The notes beneath the pieces are model-generated. The model was not told where the DNA came from, did not search any database, and saw nothing but the letters and a program-made list of their open reading frames with translations. A stretch of 64,000 nucleotides of DNA from Gammaproteobacteria bacterium (GTDB taxonomy: Bacteria > Pseudomonadota > Gammaproteobacteria > UBA4575): NCBI GenBank assembly GCA_965243395.1, contig CBDEUS010000001.1, forward strand, positions 416,001 to 480,000, written 5' to 3'. Shown piece after piece: positions 63,591 through 64,000 of the stretch. Every line of letters begins with the position of its first letter. Within the stretch, counting starts at the first letter, position 1. The position numbers and the translations under genes were made by a program.

Positions 63591-64000
63591 ATGAGTGACG
63601 ACATAACAACCAAGGATCAGGAAAGCGGAAAACTACTGTATTGCTCTTTTTGTGGAAAGAGTCAGCACGAAGTTCGTAAACTCATAGCGGGACCATCTGT
63701 ATTTATATGTGATGAATGTGTCGAGCTTTGTAACGACATAATTCGTGAGGAGATGCAAGATCAATCTCCTACCGGTACCACAAAACTTCCAAAGCCTGTA
63801 GAAATCAATTCGATTCTAGATGAATACGTAATTGGGCAAGACCGTGCCAAAAAAGTTTTATCTGTTGCGGTGTATAACCACTACAAACGTTTAGATGCAA
63901 AGACTGCAAGTAAGAATGCTGTTGAACTTGCAAAGAGTAATATACTTTTAGTTGGTCCAACCGGTTCTGGTAAAACGCTTCTTGCAGAAACCTTAGCGCG
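63591..64000 (+). CDS. clpX: ClpX ATPase, 5' part (runs off the window)
   Basis: Not in the ORF track. Translates [47 protein letters not shown]...[15 protein letters not shown]. Confidence 0.97.
   Translation, partial: MSDDITTKDQESGKLLYCSFCGKSQHEVRKLIAGPSVFICDECVELCNDIIREEMQDQSPTGTTKLPKPVEINSILDEYVIGQDRAKKVLSVAVYNHYKRLDAKTASKNAVELAKSNILLVGPTGSGKTLLAETLA

Overview
An AT-rich (roughly 35-40% GC, estimated by eye) chromosomal segment from a gammaproteobacterium, mostly conserved core genes: pepA/lptFG, RDD-xerD-dsbC, an AddA-like helicase-nuclease, parE-parC-htpX, fimX/fimW-like c-di-GMP receptors, epmB-efp-epmA, psd, aroC, leuCDB-asd-fimV-truA-trpFBA-accD-folC-dedD-cvpA-purF, lpxH-ppiB, four tRNAs (Pro, Arg, His, Leu) and tig-clpP-clpX. 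There are two accessory zones. (1) 3.7-9.7 kb holds a Met/His-rich beta-barrel gene behind a RegA-type box, a RegB/RegA pair, a lone lipoprotein gene exactly bracketed by two related 32-bp palindromes (cassette-like), a double-CxxC glutaredoxin, a frameshifted small secreted ORF and an orphan nucleotidyltransferase. (2) 51.8-61 kb is a tRNA cluster split by insertions: a small decayed island with a possible relic att site, a P450 + FAAL-ACP pair converging on two LpxL-type acyltransferases (candidate undescribed acyl-tailoring system), a stand-alone Nu1-like HTH, and CHAP and CPBP genes. No CRISPR array, rRNA, intact IS or island integrase was seen. All calls come from reading motifs by eye; no database searches were run.
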